Shown: positions 42,908-58,477, numbered from the stretch's first letter. The stretch: DNA of 64,000 nt from Octopus vulgaris (GCA_951406725.2 OX597819.1:15810001-15874000); one strand, 5' to 3'. Made by a program: numbers and translations. Notes: generated by a model from the sequence alone, not told the origin.

Positions 42908-43215
42908 CTCTTCCTTAAACTCTATAATCACTTGATTCCATCCCCGCTGCCATCTATGGTGAATTCGGAGATAGTAGAGACAGTTTCTCTGACCTCTGAC
43001 ACGGGCTTCCCTCCCTCCGCCCCAAACTATTGGGACTTGTATGGCTGATGCCCAGCCTAGGCGTCTTCAGGTAAATGTTTTTGTAGGAAGAAAAAACAAG
43101 GAAGTCGGATGAGGGTCGGGCGGGGGGTGGCGAAATCTGGAGGTGTATCTGCTTTGCTTGCCACTCTGTGAACTGTGATAAGAAACCGGGTAGGAACATT
43201 CAACTGACCGGCGTG

Positions 43216-43291
<76 letters not shown>

Positions 43292-43664
43292 TAAGGTACG
43301 GATGACTTAAGTTTATTTTTAACCTCCCCATTCTTATAAACACCAAGTAAATAACTAACTCGCTTTGTGACCACGAGTGCACCAAACCTCACGTGTGCGC
43401 ATGCTCACATTTTTGTGGATGCTTGTATGAGCGAGTGTACTCGTGCCGTGCAGCTTACCCGAGGGCGTTTATACATCCATACCTGTTAACGGTTATTTTA
43501 AATACTTTTCTCGCTGGATTGCGTGTTCGTTTCTCTATTTGCCATCTGTGATTTTATTTCTGATCTTCAATATAAATGAAGATATTTTCTCCGTCTGGCT
43601 GCTTTTCTCTCTACAAAACGGGAAGTTATATTGCGGGACAGTTATCTTAACGAGTTGTATTTAT

Positions 43665-43870
43665 TCATTTCTTTACTGCCCATAAGGGGCTATACACAGA
43701 GGGGACAAACAAGGACAGACAAACGGATTAAGTCGATTATATCGACCCCAGTGCGTAACTGGTACTTAATTTATCGACCCCGAAAGGATGAAAGGCAAAG
43801 TCGACCTCGGCGGAATTTGAACTCAGAACGTAACGGCAGACGAAATACGGCTACGCATTTCGCCCCCCGA
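43665..43870 (-). mobile_element. family-A SINE
   Basis: Same as 30190-30420, with the 5' end replaced. Confidence 0.85.
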
Positions 43871-44010
43871 CGAGATACATCTGCGCCACCGGATGATCCT
43901 GAACCAGTTGTTGAGTGTCCCACACAAGAGGAATCGATGCTAGATGTGTCGAAACAATTGTCGTGATTAATACTAAATTTTCGTGTATTCCATCTTCCAT
44001 CTTTCATTTG

Positions 44011-44066
<56 letters not shown>

Positions 44067-44314
44067 TTACAAGTGCATATATTAAAAACAGAAGCACACT
44101 CTAAAACATTAGAGCAGTAGTATATATTTATAGATAGTTGACTGTTCTGGCTGGTCAGAAAGTGAGCGTTGGTTTGGCACTTATAAAGCACTTAGCCCTA
44201 TAGGCGACTCGCCAGGCTCAAATGGCCGAAGGCGCATAACCTCTCTACAAGTGCTTTATTGGTGCAAAGACTATGGTCACTCTTTGGCTGACCTGAACAA
44301 TCAACTTCCTAATA

Positions 44315-45395
44315 TCTCTACTACAAATGTGGGAAAATCTGTCTGTGGGTATGTTTGTGGAGTTGTTAGCTAACTTCTACATCATTTTATCGATTTTGAA
44401 ACTTAACACGTGAGTAGAAGTCATGTCTCAGATTGTTAAAAACATCGATAATAAGGCCCCTGACACGGATCCTTATATAAATTTAATATATTTCATATTA
44501 ACAACCAACCAAGGGAAATAACCCATTTGCCCAGATTTTAACCCATTCATTTTCCTAAATTATTCAGTATAAATTAAATTGAGTATGCTTATTTCTTAGT
44601 ACTTGAACTGTTAGAGTTATTTATCCAGGAACAACCCTTAAACAAGTAAATAATATATTCCTAAACAATAGTTCCACCTATTTCCGGTTAGTGACTTATT
44701 CACGAATATACCAACCCTTGCACCGTTGAGGGTAATATTCTCTGGGAACGCACAAAAGCCCTTTTCAGAGTTATTTTACTTTGAATTGTTACGTAACATA
44801 CTCCACGATTTTAATATACATACCTTATTAGTATTTCCTCCTATGTTCTATATAATCTGGGAACGCATTAAAGCCTTTTTAGGGGCTACTTTATTTGAAT
44901 TTTTACTATTGGGTAACTAATTTCATGTTATTACATAATTGACTTCACAATTTGGGTATTCATAACTTATTGGGAATTCCTAAAAGCAAGATCCTGTGCA
45001 AGGCAGTTCGGTAATCTCTGTAAATGCACAAAAACCGTTTTAAGGGCTACATACTTTGTAATTGTTGTCATTGGATTAGCGAAACAATTAAGAGAACGGA
45101 ACCAAGGGATAAGCCCCACTTTCCCTGGAATTACCAGATACTTCAGCTAGTCTACTCGATATGTGGGAAATTCTGTCCGTGGGTGTGTTTGTGGCGTTGT
45201 TAGCTAACTCCTCCTACATCGTTTTATCGATTTTGATGAAACTTGACACGTGAGTAGAACTCACGTCTGGCAACCTCATGGCATACTCAGTTTGTTGAAA
45301 AAAAAATCGATAATAGGCCCCTGGAACGGATCCTTATATATATCTAATATATTTTATTTTAAAAACCAAGGGAAATAACCCACTTTCCTAAATTA
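44315..45395 (+). mobile_element. head-to-tail tandem non-autonomous Helitron
   Basis: Unit 1 runs A|TC(44315)...cttcagCTAG(45150); unit 2 starts TCtact at 45151 and repeats the first about 230 bp. Confidence 0.7.
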
Positions 45396-45414
45396 TTTGG
45401 TATATATATATACA

Positions 45415-45562
45415 CAACAGGCTTCTTTCAGTTTTCGTCTATCAAATCCGCTCACAAGGGTTTGTCGGCCCGAGGTTATAGCAGAAGACACTACCCAAGG
45501 TGTCACGCAGTGTGACTGAACCCAGAGCCATGAAGTTGGGAACAAGCTTTTTACCACACAAC

Positions 45563-45565
<3 letters not shown>
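45415..45565 (-). mobile_element. family-C SINE head, diverged
   Basis: ggcttctttcagttt.cgtct...gactgaaccc. Confidence 0.75.
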
Positions 45566-45603
<38 letters not shown>

Positions 45604-45934
45604 CACACACGCACGCACACATACACCCATGCAATAAAATGTGAATGGAGAAAATTCGAAGAGCGTGTAGCTAACTTAAAGAAAAATCTGCACAGACCAA
45701 AATAAATCGTGGACTATGTATGAATGATTTTTCTTTTAGTTTAATTTAAGTTCTTCTTGAGAGAGAGAGAGATCAAGCCGGTCGCTTGTAAATATGCGGT
45801 TGAGTTGGTTGTGTTGGTTGAAGTGTCGATACATACACCCAAGTGTGTGCCTCTATTCATATAAGAATCTGTTATGGCTGTACAGATTTGATGCTTTATT
45901 GTGCCTCTATTCACACAAGAATCTCAGACAGAAT

Positions 45935-46680
45935 TTTTGGAATGTCTTACAAATCTTCACTGTGCCACTAATGGATTGGATTTGGAGAATCTGTGTCAGT
46001 TACTTTTGCTCTTTTCCGGTGAAACCAAGTATTTCTATTGTGTCTGGGGAGAGTCGTTTTCTTTTTGTGCCTCATAATTTAACACACTCACCGGTAAAAT
46101 TTCCATTTATTTCTTATTAAAACCCCACAAAATAAGAAATAAGTGGAAATTTTACCGGTGAGTGTGTTAAATTATAAGGCACAAAAAGAAAATGACTCTC
46201 CCTAGAGACAACAGAATATGCTTCAACACACGAACTCAAATAAAGAATCTTGTAAACCAAATCCCCAAACCAAGTATTTTAAAGTTTTCGTTTAAATTTC
46301 TTGGAACATAACCTAAAGCACCCATGGCAGCAGGTACAAATAAGATTTTCATAGTCAGGGTGCAAGAGCTGTACGTTCCGCATTAATTCGCCATAAATGT
46401 TCTCTTTCTCCAGGACTTTTAATTGTACATTGACATCCGCTGGGCAGTTGACCTCTACAACAGCGCATGACCTTTGTTCCCTGTCACACACAACAAGTCT
46501 GTTATGTTCGCACCGAATTGATGTTTTTATTGGGGTGTTCCACCAGCATTCCTTGTTTTTAAAAGTGTGAATACCTGTTGGTTCTGACATGCCATTCATG
46601 TATATGTCAGGGCAGTCTTTCTAGCAGGTAGCTTTGTAAATAAACTTTGTAATTATATCGTGCCTCATTTTGGGGGCAGC
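45935..46680 (-). pseudogene. RLE domain of an early-branching (R2/R4/NeSL-type) LINE, interrupted by a hairpin insertion
   Basis: WWNTPI...HNR..VV.D......VVEV.CP.D.N...EK..Y, MGALG; resumes ILGF...LQIQSISGTVKICK beyond the insert. Confidence 0.75.
46022..46279. mobile_element. asymmetric fold-back insertion with 13-bp TSD
   Basis: aaaccaagtattt at 46022 and 46267; inverted arms 46035-46118 and 46131-46266. Confidence 0.85.
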
Positions 46681-46688
46681 TGTTCATT

Positions 46689-46855
46689 TGTATGTATGTA
46701 TGAATGCATGTATGTGTGTATGTATGTATGCATGCATGTATGTATGTATGCATGCATGCATGCATACATGTATGTATGTATGTATGTATGTATGTATGAA
46801 TGCATGCATGTATGTATGTACGTATGTGTGTATGTATGTATGCATGCATGTTTGC

Positions 46856-46886
<31 letters not shown>

Positions 46887-47112
46887 TGTATGCATGCATG
46901 TATGTATGTATGCATGCATGCATGTATGTATGCATGTATGTGTGTATGTATGTATGAATGTATGCATGCATGCGTGTACGTATGTATGCATGCATGTATG
47001 TATGTGTGTGTGTGTATGTATTTATGTATGTATGTATGCATGTATGTATGCATGTATACATGCATGCATGCATGCGTGTATGTATGTATGCATGTATATA
47101 TGTAATGTATGT
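46689..47112. repeat. (ATGT/ATGC)n compound microsatellite
   Basis: Read directly. Confidence 0.95.
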
Positions 47113-47419
47113 ACGTAAGTGTGCGTGTGTATGTGTCTGTCAGTCTATCTATCTACCTACCTACCTATCTGTCTGTCTGTGTTACCCGTTATTCACTACT
47201 CCCAGAACCGTTCTGGTCTTGGTTGGTTTAAAACCTACCAAAGGCTCTAGTTACGGGTCAAGTAGTGGGTGGTCCTATAGCCAGGACATATAAGACTTGG
47301 AGCTGAAGCTGACCACCGAGTATGGACTAGCCATAATGTCATACGAACATGCTGTCGCCTCGCGTCCAATGGCTAATTAAGTCCTGTGCCTTACGAGTAT
47401 ATATATATATATATATATC

Positions 47420-47719
47420 TTGGGTGATCCCATAAGTAATGCGGTTTTTTCAATTGCACGAACTAAGAGTCGGAAGGGGGATGGGGTAAAAGACCTGCAT
47501 CAACTTGCTATAAAAGCAGGAAGTGATTTTACCTTGCCCTTATTCTTAGTGCAAGTTTTGAAGAGTGCAGTTCGATTTTAACAGTTATTTTTGTTTGCAA
47601 GGCTGTAATGGAAGTGACAAAGGAGCATATTCGGCATATTTTGCTTTATGAGTTCAATAAAGGCAACAGCGCAACGGAAGGTGCGAGGAATATTAATGCA
47701 GTATATGCGGATGGCCCAA
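47420..47719 (+). mobile_element. internally deleted mariner (5' TIR plus transposase N-terminal HTH)
   Basis: ttgggtgatcccataagtaat TIR, MEVTKEHIRHILLYEFNKGNSATEGARNINAVY, ending gcccaa|TA. Confidence 0.8.
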
Positions 47720-47748
47720 TATATATATACATATACATACATACATAC

Positions 47749-47783
<35 letters not shown>

Positions 47784-47828
47784 TGTATGTATGTATGTAT
47801 GTATGTATGTATGTATGTATGTATACAT

Positions 47829-47861
<33 letters not shown>

Positions 47862-47919
47862 CATACATACACACACACATATATATCTATGTATATATAT
47901 ATATGTATGTATATATGTG

Positions 47920-47965
<46 letters not shown>

Positions 47966-48041
47966 CACCAATGTGTGCGTGTACAAGAGTATATATACAA
48001 ACAAGAATGCTCTAAGAGGTTATGTAGAATATATATATATA

Positions 48042-48107
<66 letters not shown>

Positions 48108-48108
48108 A

Positions 48109-48173
<65 letters not shown>

Positions 48174-48346
48174 CAGATTTGTATACTAATATCTCAATGG
48201 CCCATATACTCACTACTCAAAAATTTCATTGACACAAAAACACGTGGTTACGAAAGCACATGTCTAATCGATCCTTGCTGACAGTTGATCGATTAGACTT
48301 GCTTTCGTGACACAATGACACTGTGTAATGACTTTATTGATTACAC

Positions 48347-48455
<109 letters not shown>

Positions 48456-48539
48456 GCCACCTTGAGCATAGTCCTATGAACCCAGAAATCGAAAACAGAG
48501 AGTTGCTTATTTGCAAAAAAAAAAAAAAGAAATATAAAA

Positions 48540-48850
48540 TGTGACTTCATTGACCGAGGTTACCGTGGTCTTTTCCGTAGGCTTTTCTTTCCACGGGTAA
48601 ACCTCACCTGTCCTCCCCTTTACACTTCATATTGACATTTCTGTGATAACGATCCCTATTGATCAATTTTTTTTCCTCTCCCCCTTTTTTTTAACTCCCC
48701 TTTTTTTGCCATCTTTCTCTCCTTTTACGATCCCTTTTGATCGAAACTCCCCCTTCCTTTTTTTTTTTTTTTTTTTAAACCTTCAAAAGAAAAGCTCTAC
48801 CTTGTAATTTGTTCTATCTGTGTGCAGCCCTGTGTGGCTAATAAAGAAAC
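48540..48850 (+). mobile_element. probable LINE 3'UTR/tail fragment
   Basis: Pyrimidine-rich UTR ending agccctgtgtggctaataaagaaa, followed by a microsatellite. Confidence 0.4.
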
Positions 48851-48865
48851 ATATCTATCTATCTA

Positions 48866-49028
<163 letters not shown>

Positions 49029-49619
49029 GTCTGTCTGTATGTCTGCCCGTGTGTGTGTGTTTGTTTGACTGTATGTCTATATATGTTTATTTTAAGATTT
49101 CCTTATGTGCGTACACACATATACAAATACACACACATGCAATGATTCAGTGATTCACACGCATATATATATATATATATATATATATACATGCACACAC
49201 ACACACACACACACGCTCACACGCACACACACACATATCCTTTTCAGTACACTTCCCTACTCATCTATTACCAATATATTTTTCATTGAAAATTTTCAAT
49301 GAACAATTATAAATTTATTATTGGGATAATAACAATGCCTATGTGAAGAATATGAGATAGAATGCAAAAATTTCGAGTATGTCGTCGCACAAAGAAAATA
49401 TTATTTTAAACTGGAATATAAACTTATATTTCAGTATTTTACAATACACTTCATTAGCTGGAGAAGAATAGAATTGAATTTGAGGGATATAATTGAATAA
49501 ATAATAAACATCCAGCTTACTATGGGTCGATATAATGCGAACGGAATGAACGGAATGAACGTTTCGAATATGTGGACCTCTATACAAATATCTCAAGTGA
49601 TTATGGTTTAGAAGTAATG

Positions 49620-49892
49620 GAATTCATGCAAAAAAAATTCCCCAATGAGTAGAAAGAAAGTTAATTACTGAAAAAAATTATTTTGTCCGGTAAAATAAGT
49701 TTTTAAACTTCCAATCTAGCATTTACACACAACATTTAGGACTGCGATGGGTACAAAGTTTGTCCCAACTTACGTCAATTTGCTCATGACATACCTAGAA
49801 ATACAACTATATTAACAATTTAGAGTAAAGTTCGGCATCAGTTTATATAAACGCTTATTTAAAAATTGGAAACATTACATAGATGACTGCCC
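49620..49892 (+). pseudogene. Penelope-like element reverse transcriptase fragment
   Basis: TAMGTKFVPTYVNLLMTYLE...WKHYIDDC matches the PLE G.AMG...P..ANL.M..LE / W.RYIDD motifs. Confidence 0.8.
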
Positions 49893-49937
49893 TTCTCAAG
49901 ATGTTAAATGTATTTTCAGCTTCTTTTCTTTTTCATT

Positions 49938-50149
<212 letters not shown>

Positions 50150-51282
50150 CATGAAGTACTTCTTGACTCTATTGTAGAAAAAGGCACTCCTCATCAAGCA
50201 GAACGATCAAGAAGTCAGCAAAGCCTGTATCTCTTTGACAAAAACTTTGCTAATGATCTTGTTTCACATGTCGTCATCAACTGTGTAAAGTGCAATACTT
50301 GTTAACATCCCTTCAAAATAGGTGTTGCGCTTTATATTGACAGACAATATATTCTATTCTAAACAAACAATCATGCTTTTTATAGACACACCCAATATAC
50401 ATAAACTTTAAATAGTCCAAATTGAAACCAAGAAACAATGATAAAGCTTCAAGATCATCACAAATATTCCACGTGTGCTCTTTGTATTCGATGAGGCATA
50501 AGTTTCAGTGATATGAGATACAACTATTAGAAGTCTGCTATGGGCATTGCACACCTGTACAATAAGACTGTCTTAATCATGGCGGCTGAAAAGTATGGTT
50601 TTTCTTTTACCATTCAACTGAACTGTTAACATTACGTTGCATTCAACAAATATGCCGCACTCAGTCCCACTTTATTAGTTACTGGAAAATCTCCGCTCTT
50701 GAAGATCATAGTCCGAGTTAACCTATATAACCAAGTTACTGATATCATCGCAGAAACAAACGTTCAGATGTTGCCGACAAAAATATTAAACTTTGGTATT
50801 TGATTGAAGAAAAATCGTTAAATTTGGAGAACCAAACAATTCTGCCTTTTCTTTTATAATTCCAAGTCGTTCATGAAATCATTTAATACTGACTTTTCTT
50901 TAAGTTGTTGCGACTGGAGAAAGGGACATTGCTCATGATCTTCCCACGCTCTCCAGAGTCGCGGTGAACTTGATATTGCTTACGTATCGTTTAAACTGTA
51001 AGTCTCTCCATATTCTGACCGAGTCGGACGCAAGTTCATTGCAGTGTTAATTTCCAAGTTCCACTGAAACTCATTTTCAGTTGAGTACATCGAGCAACGT
51101 GAAATGAAGTGACTAGCTCAAGAGACACAGCTTGTTGGCTGGTCCAGGGTTCGAATCTATAACCTCACAATAATGAATCCAATACTTATAACCACTGGGC
51201 CAAGCGATCTATTTTGTATTAATTAAAACAGTATCAAACAAACAGATGCGTTCCATTCACCAATACAGTCGCTCATGTACAT

Positions 51283-53550
51283 GCAGGGGAAGCGGGGTCA
51301 GGACTCTTGAGTCGTCCTGGATCCTTTTCTTCTTCATATCAAAAGAGGCCTTTTTGTTAAATTGAAAAACGCATTTCAATATGGTAGACGTTGCTACAAC
51401 AGTTTTTTTTCCCAGTTACTGTTTTCGCTACTACTAATTCAAAAATGTAAAAAAAAAAGAGTTTGCCGTCGCCAATGAGCACATATTAAAAGTAATGTTT
51501 TTTTAAACTAATAAATAATTTATCAAACAATACATAACATTTTCATTTTAAATAAGAAACTCATTTTTACAAGCGAAACACTTTTTTTTAAATACAGTTG
51601 AACAAATTTGCCCTTTTTTCGGAATATGTCAAACATATTCTTTTACTCTAGATACACTCCACATCATTCATTTTCCCCGCAACAATTTTGGCTTTGTGTC
51701 TATGTTATAAATTGCTATTATCTGAAGAGGAAGGTGTAAAAAAGATTTTGGTTTCGAGGCTTTTGTGAATGACAAAAGAAACCAGTCACTGAAATACAGT
51801 GGATTGTTTGACAAGATTCATTATTTTTATAATGAAGTATGTGACAGACACCACAACAAAAAGACAAAAGGCAAAATGTATAAATATATAAATCGATCTG
51901 GCAAGCAAGAAAAATATGTCTTCTTCGACATTATCAACATCCAAGAGCAAACATTATTTATAACAAATAGAACAATATGTGTATCTAACAAATTGAAAAC
52001 AAATTGCGAGGTGAAAAGTGTATCGCAAATCTATGAAGATTTAGGAAATGGAAAAGAATCGTTGAAATATGGCTGTGTTTTACAATATGTCGAAATTGAT
52101 TGATGATCATGTTAATTTACACGAAGGGTGATCTGATATGTTTGTTATTTTAATGCATTTTTCTTCCGATTTTTCCTTCTTTTCTAGAGGAAAACAAAGC
52201 AAGTATAAATGCAGAAAACTTCCTTGAAACTTGCTTTAAGTGTTTTTCAAATATAACAATGTCATTAAAAATTATCTAGATTACGTCCTGTGGACCTTAT
52301 CCAAACAGCATAATATAGGTGTCAACGCCCTCGATCTGTATTTAGAATGATATAGCTTTGGTTACTTATGTAAGAAAATCGATGTTTAAATGAAGTCAAG
52401 GTAGCATCAACGATCTATTCATTTCTTATGAATGAAACTACAGATGTTACCTACAATGAACAGGTTTCTTTGCGGATCGGTTCTATGTCTGATAAGGAAA
52501 TCAATGAGCATTTCATTGAAATGTCTGATGTTATGTCTACAACTAGTGAAAAGTTAGAGAAATGTCCAGTATACGTGGATTGAACAAGGAGCTTCAGTCA
52601 AGAATCCTTCTCTACAAAATAATAAAAAAAATGTTTTATACGTTCACTGATTGAACCTTGTAATTGTAAAAAATACAAAATTAATCCGTTATTTTGCCTA
52701 TTTAAAAAAAATATTGTAGAAAAGTTATGCAGCTTCAATTTAATGTGAAGTAAGTGCTAGTCTTCATTCATATTAATTCAACACTCCATTTACCTTAAGT
52801 TGTGAACTGAGGAAGAAAGCAAGGTAATTTGTCAAAATATAACTCAGCAACAAACACAAGATGCAGAAACTATCGGTTAGAACAGACCTAGAAAAATGAC
52901 AAGCAAAGTTCAAGTATAGCCGTGTATCTGCAACAACGAGTCTACTTTAAATATCAAAAATAGATCGCATGTTTCTGGATAGATTTCTTACAAGAATTAG
53001 ATTTAAAGTAAAAAGGATAAGATAAGACAGGAAAAATCCCAAAGTCCCGTCACAGCCAAATTGTGTCGTTAAATTAGATCTGTGGAGACTTGACATCGAG
53101 GAGCCAAGTTCAAGACTTAACCACTTCCAGCAAGTTATCTAAATTTTAAGAAAGGGTTGACAAGTTTTTAATATAATTGGGAGTATTGCCCACATTCGAA
53201 ACACAGCCAAAAAATTATCCGAGATCCACGTTACATTTTATTAAGGAAAACCATGCCCATCTTATCTTCCCAATTATGTATAGGTCATGCAAAATATGGG
53301 AATACAGCAAATAACGATAAAAATTGTGGAAGAATCTTACTTCCATCTAAAATAAGTATAGACTGCGGGTCATATGTAGAGAAAAGAGACGCTCCGATAT
53401 CCTGTTGCTTAGCATTAAGAAAGATTCTTGCTTATTATAATAATAAGAGATATTTTCAAGCACACGACCCCGAGGTGAATGTTCTTATGATATTTTAAAG
53501 TATTTTTCAATATACACTTCATTGTTGACGGCTAACAATAACATTGTTTG
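51283..53550 (+). mobile_element. decayed hAT transposon (DUF4371/ZMYM1-like); boundaries approximate
   Basis: YSFLMNETTDVTYNEQVSLRI...EINEHFI near 52.42-52.55 kb; YVH...LNLV trace; CAGGGG start. Confidence 0.55.
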
Positions 53551-53637
53551 CTTTAGCATTTTCCTATTACGATGATACTTAACAGTCGTGGCCATCATAT
53601 TAAACGGCCCAGAGTGTATTTCTATAAATTTCTGTTA

Positions 53638-53693
<56 letters not shown>

Positions 53694-53694
53694 G

Positions 53695-53740
<46 letters not shown>

Positions 53741-53834
53741 CACATACAGTAGAATATAAAGTGTATATACAGTAGGCTATTGCTAATTGAACAAGATAAG
53801 ATAAAAGTCGATATAAGTAAATAAATTCCAGTAT

Positions 53835-53904
<70 letters not shown>

Positions 53905-54351
53905 AAAAAATTCCATATTGCAATACAAATGTATTACTTTCCAGTCAAATAAAGCATCGTAAAGGTAGAAGTTTAAATATAGAATAGTGGTACAACAAAG
54001 GCACCAATGTTTACTGGAAATAGCAGTCGATAAATTTACGACGCTATAACAAAGCTTCACTGTATATATACTGGCAAAGACGTGTGCGGGCAGCGAACAT
54101 AAAAATATTTCGTCTTACCTCTGGGAAGAACATTAGATAAATGGACAACCCAGATTCGGATAATCTAGTACCTAGGTTTATTATCAAATACGTTTATTAT
54201 CGTAAACTTGATTAGTCTTCTTCAGCTAGATTTACCTGGACATTATTTCAAATGTTGTTACATAGTAATCTTGGTTTCTATTAGGAGTGCTTTTCACAAA
54301 CAAATGCATTATATATGTATGTGTTTGTATGTATATATATATATATATATA

Positions 54352-54953
<602 letters not shown>

Positions 54954-55034
54954 TCCCGGGTTGATTCGGGGTTAACCACAGTAAGTAAGGTACTCAATAC
55001 ATAGCAGAGTAAAATTAATTTATTATATAGAAGG

Positions 55035-55085
55035 AGCTTCTACAGGACTAGTACTGTTTCATTCAAGAGAAATCTTCAGGAAGCT
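55035..55085 (-). ncRNA. type I hammerhead ribozyme (left arm)
   Basis: AGCUUC CUGAAGA u-UUC-ucuu-GAA-u GAAA CAG-uacuaguc-CUG UA GAAGCU. Confidence 0.75.
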
Positions 55086-55491
55086 ATTTAACAAGAATTG
55101 TATTAGCATTTATACATTTAGAGGAGTGGTGGTGGGGGACTTTTTGGGGGTAGGCATAGCGCAAAATATCATACTTGGGGGAGTGGTCAAGGTAATAAAA
55201 AAATAAAAAAATAAAAAATAATAAATAAAAAATAAAAAAATAAAAAGATAAAATAAAAGAATAAAAATAAAAAATATAAAAAATATATAAAAAATATAAA
55301 AAATATATATAAAAAATATATATAAAAAAATATATAAAAAAATATATATATAAAATATATATATAAAATATATATATAAAAAAGGGGGGATAGAGTTATA
55401 GGTAAATAAGGAGATTCTCACTTATACCTATACACACATGTATACGTATCTACACACACATATACGCACATACACATATATCTACACACAC

Positions 55492-55537
<46 letters not shown>

Positions 55538-55993
55538 CCTACACATACACACATACATACATACAAATATACATATACATATATATATATACAATCCAAT
55601 ACAGGCCCATTCCCTAATTTTAATTTTATTATCTTCATTTATTACTTTTGTTATCTTTGATCACTAAGGCTAAGAATCCTGGCAATAGCTGCTTGTCCAT
55701 TTGTCTGTCTACTAGAAGGCAAGTACTCATTCCCGCACGCACACTCATTAGCACGTACATTCACCCATTCGTACACTCATACACATACACGTACGCACGC
55801 GTTATATTCATACATACAAACATCTACATACGTTCACGTATATACACATATGTACTGTACCTACAGATTCGTGTGTCTACACTTTAGGAGGCTAGTCTAT
55901 ACATATACACCAATAAATATACATATATATATATATATATACCCGCATATACATACACACACACACATATATACTCCTACATACAGATACATA

Positions 55994-56049
<56 letters not shown>

Positions 56050-56424
56050 CATACATACACATACACACACACACACATACACACACATACATACACATAT
56101 ATATACATACACAAACACATATACACACACATATATATACATACACACATATACACATACATACGTATACATACATACATACATCTATACATCCATACAC
56201 ACACATATTATTTATACGCATACACACACAGATGGGTGTGTGTATGCGTATAAATGCATGTAAGTATGGATGTATAGATGTATGTATGTATGTATACGTA
56301 TGTATGTGTATATGTGTGTATGTATATATATGTGTGTGTATATGTGTTTGTGTATGTATATATATGTGTATGTATGTGTGTGTATGTGTGTGTGTGTGTG
56401 TATGTGTATGTGTGTATATATATA

Positions 56425-56469
<45 letters not shown>

Positions 56470-56926
56470 TATGTATCTGTATGTAGGAGTATATATGTGT
56501 GTGTGTGTATGTATATGCGGGTATATATATATATATATATATGTATATTTATTGGTGTATATGTATAGACTAGCCTCCTAAAGTGTAGACACGAATCTGT
56601 AGGTACGAGTACGTATGTGTATATACGTGAACGTATGTAGATGTTTGTATGTATGAATATAACGCGTGCGTACGTGTATGTGTATGAGTGTACGAATGGG
56701 TGAATGTACGTGCTAATGAGTGTGCGTGCGGGAATGAGTACTTGCCTTCTAGTAGACAGACAAATGGACAAGCAGCTATTGCCAGGATTCTTAGCCTTAG
56801 TGATCAAAGATAACAAAAGTAATAAATGAAGATAATAAAATTAAAATTAGGGAATGGGCCTGTATTGGATTGTATATATATATATGTATATGTATATTTG
56901 TATGTATGTATGTGTGTATGTGTAGG

Positions 56927-56985
<59 letters not shown>

Positions 56986-57383
56986 AGATATATATGTGTA
57001 TGTGCGTATATGTGTGTGTAGATACGTATACATGTGTGTATAGGTATAAGTGAGAATCTCCTTATTTACCTATAACTCTATCCCCCCTTTTTTATATATA
57101 TATTTTATATATATATTTTATATATATATTTTTTTTATATATTTTTTTATATATATTTTATATATATTTTTTATATTTTTTATATATTTTTATATTTTTT
57201 ATTTTTATTATTTTTATTTTTATCTTTTTATTTTTATTTTTTATTTATTATTTTTTATTTTTTTATTTTTTTATTACCTTGACCACTCCCCCAAGTATGA
57301 TATTTTGCGCTATGCCTACCCCCAAAAAGTCCCCCACCACCACTCCTCTAAATGTATAAATGCTAATACAATTCTTGTTAAAT

Positions 57384-57434
57384 AGCTTCCTGAAGATTTC
57401 TCTTGAATGAAACAGTACTAGTCCTGTAGAAGCT
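57384..57434 (+). ncRNA. type I hammerhead ribozyme (right arm)
   Basis: 6-bp stem I, canonical CUGAAGA/GAAA core, GUA triplet, and AATAAA 10 nt downstream. Confidence 0.75.
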
Positions 57435-57449
57435 CCTTCTATATAATAA

Positions 57450-57631
<182 letters not shown>

Positions 57632-58344
57632 TTGTATATATATATATAGTTCAGATTTATAGAAAAACAAAGACGAAGACAGGTGTAGGAACAACAATGC
57701 TCGGGCAAAATGGAGAAGTCTTTTTACGTTTCATTCCTAAAAAAAAAACATCGGAGGAACCCTTCTCCACAGAACTTACACTCCATACATGACCTTCCCC
57801 TATTATTTCTTCTCTCACGAATCACAATGAACTACAAAAGCCATTTCTATTGCTTCTTCGTTATACGTGTTTAGTCATTCTTTTACATCACGTGTTACCA
57901 CTACGTATAACACGTTTGATATCCCGGAAATGTCGAAGCATGGCGGATGCTTAAGTTTCTATCACTTCTTAACGAAACGTATTTCATGAAACTTAAAAGT
58001 CCGTTATTTGTTGAATGAATATTTAACCCTACTTCATGTATTGAGTTCTTTAACTATGTATGTATGTATGTATGTTTGTATGTATGTATGTATGTTTGTA
58101 TGTATGTATGTATGCATGTATGTATGCATGTATGTGTGCGTGTGTCTGTGAGTGTGTGAGTGCGTGTATGTGTATGTGTATGGTCCTTGAATGGACCACG
58201 ATACCACAAAACTTGACTTAAATGATTTAGATAGTCCTATCAGGTGGTGCTACTAAGTTAGAACATGGCCTGGACCAATCTTTGGTCGAAACACATCTAA
58301 ATTTATGTATATATATATACACATAAATATATATATACATATAC

Positions 58345-58433
<89 letters not shown>

Positions 58434-58436
58434 CCC

Positions 58437-58468
<32 letters not shown>

Positions 58469-58477
58469 CACGTATAT

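Noticed and set aside
47180-47395. Possible HDV-like ribozyme upstream of the RLE LINE
   Set aside because: The nested double pseudoknot could not be built from the sequence.
50300-51050. Possible second hAT (Buster-like) remnant on the minus strand
   Set aside because: Only faint traces; not supportable without a search.
51765-52103. 112-aa ORF as a host gene
   Set aside because: AT-rich, lies inside the decayed hAT region, and has no splice or domain support.
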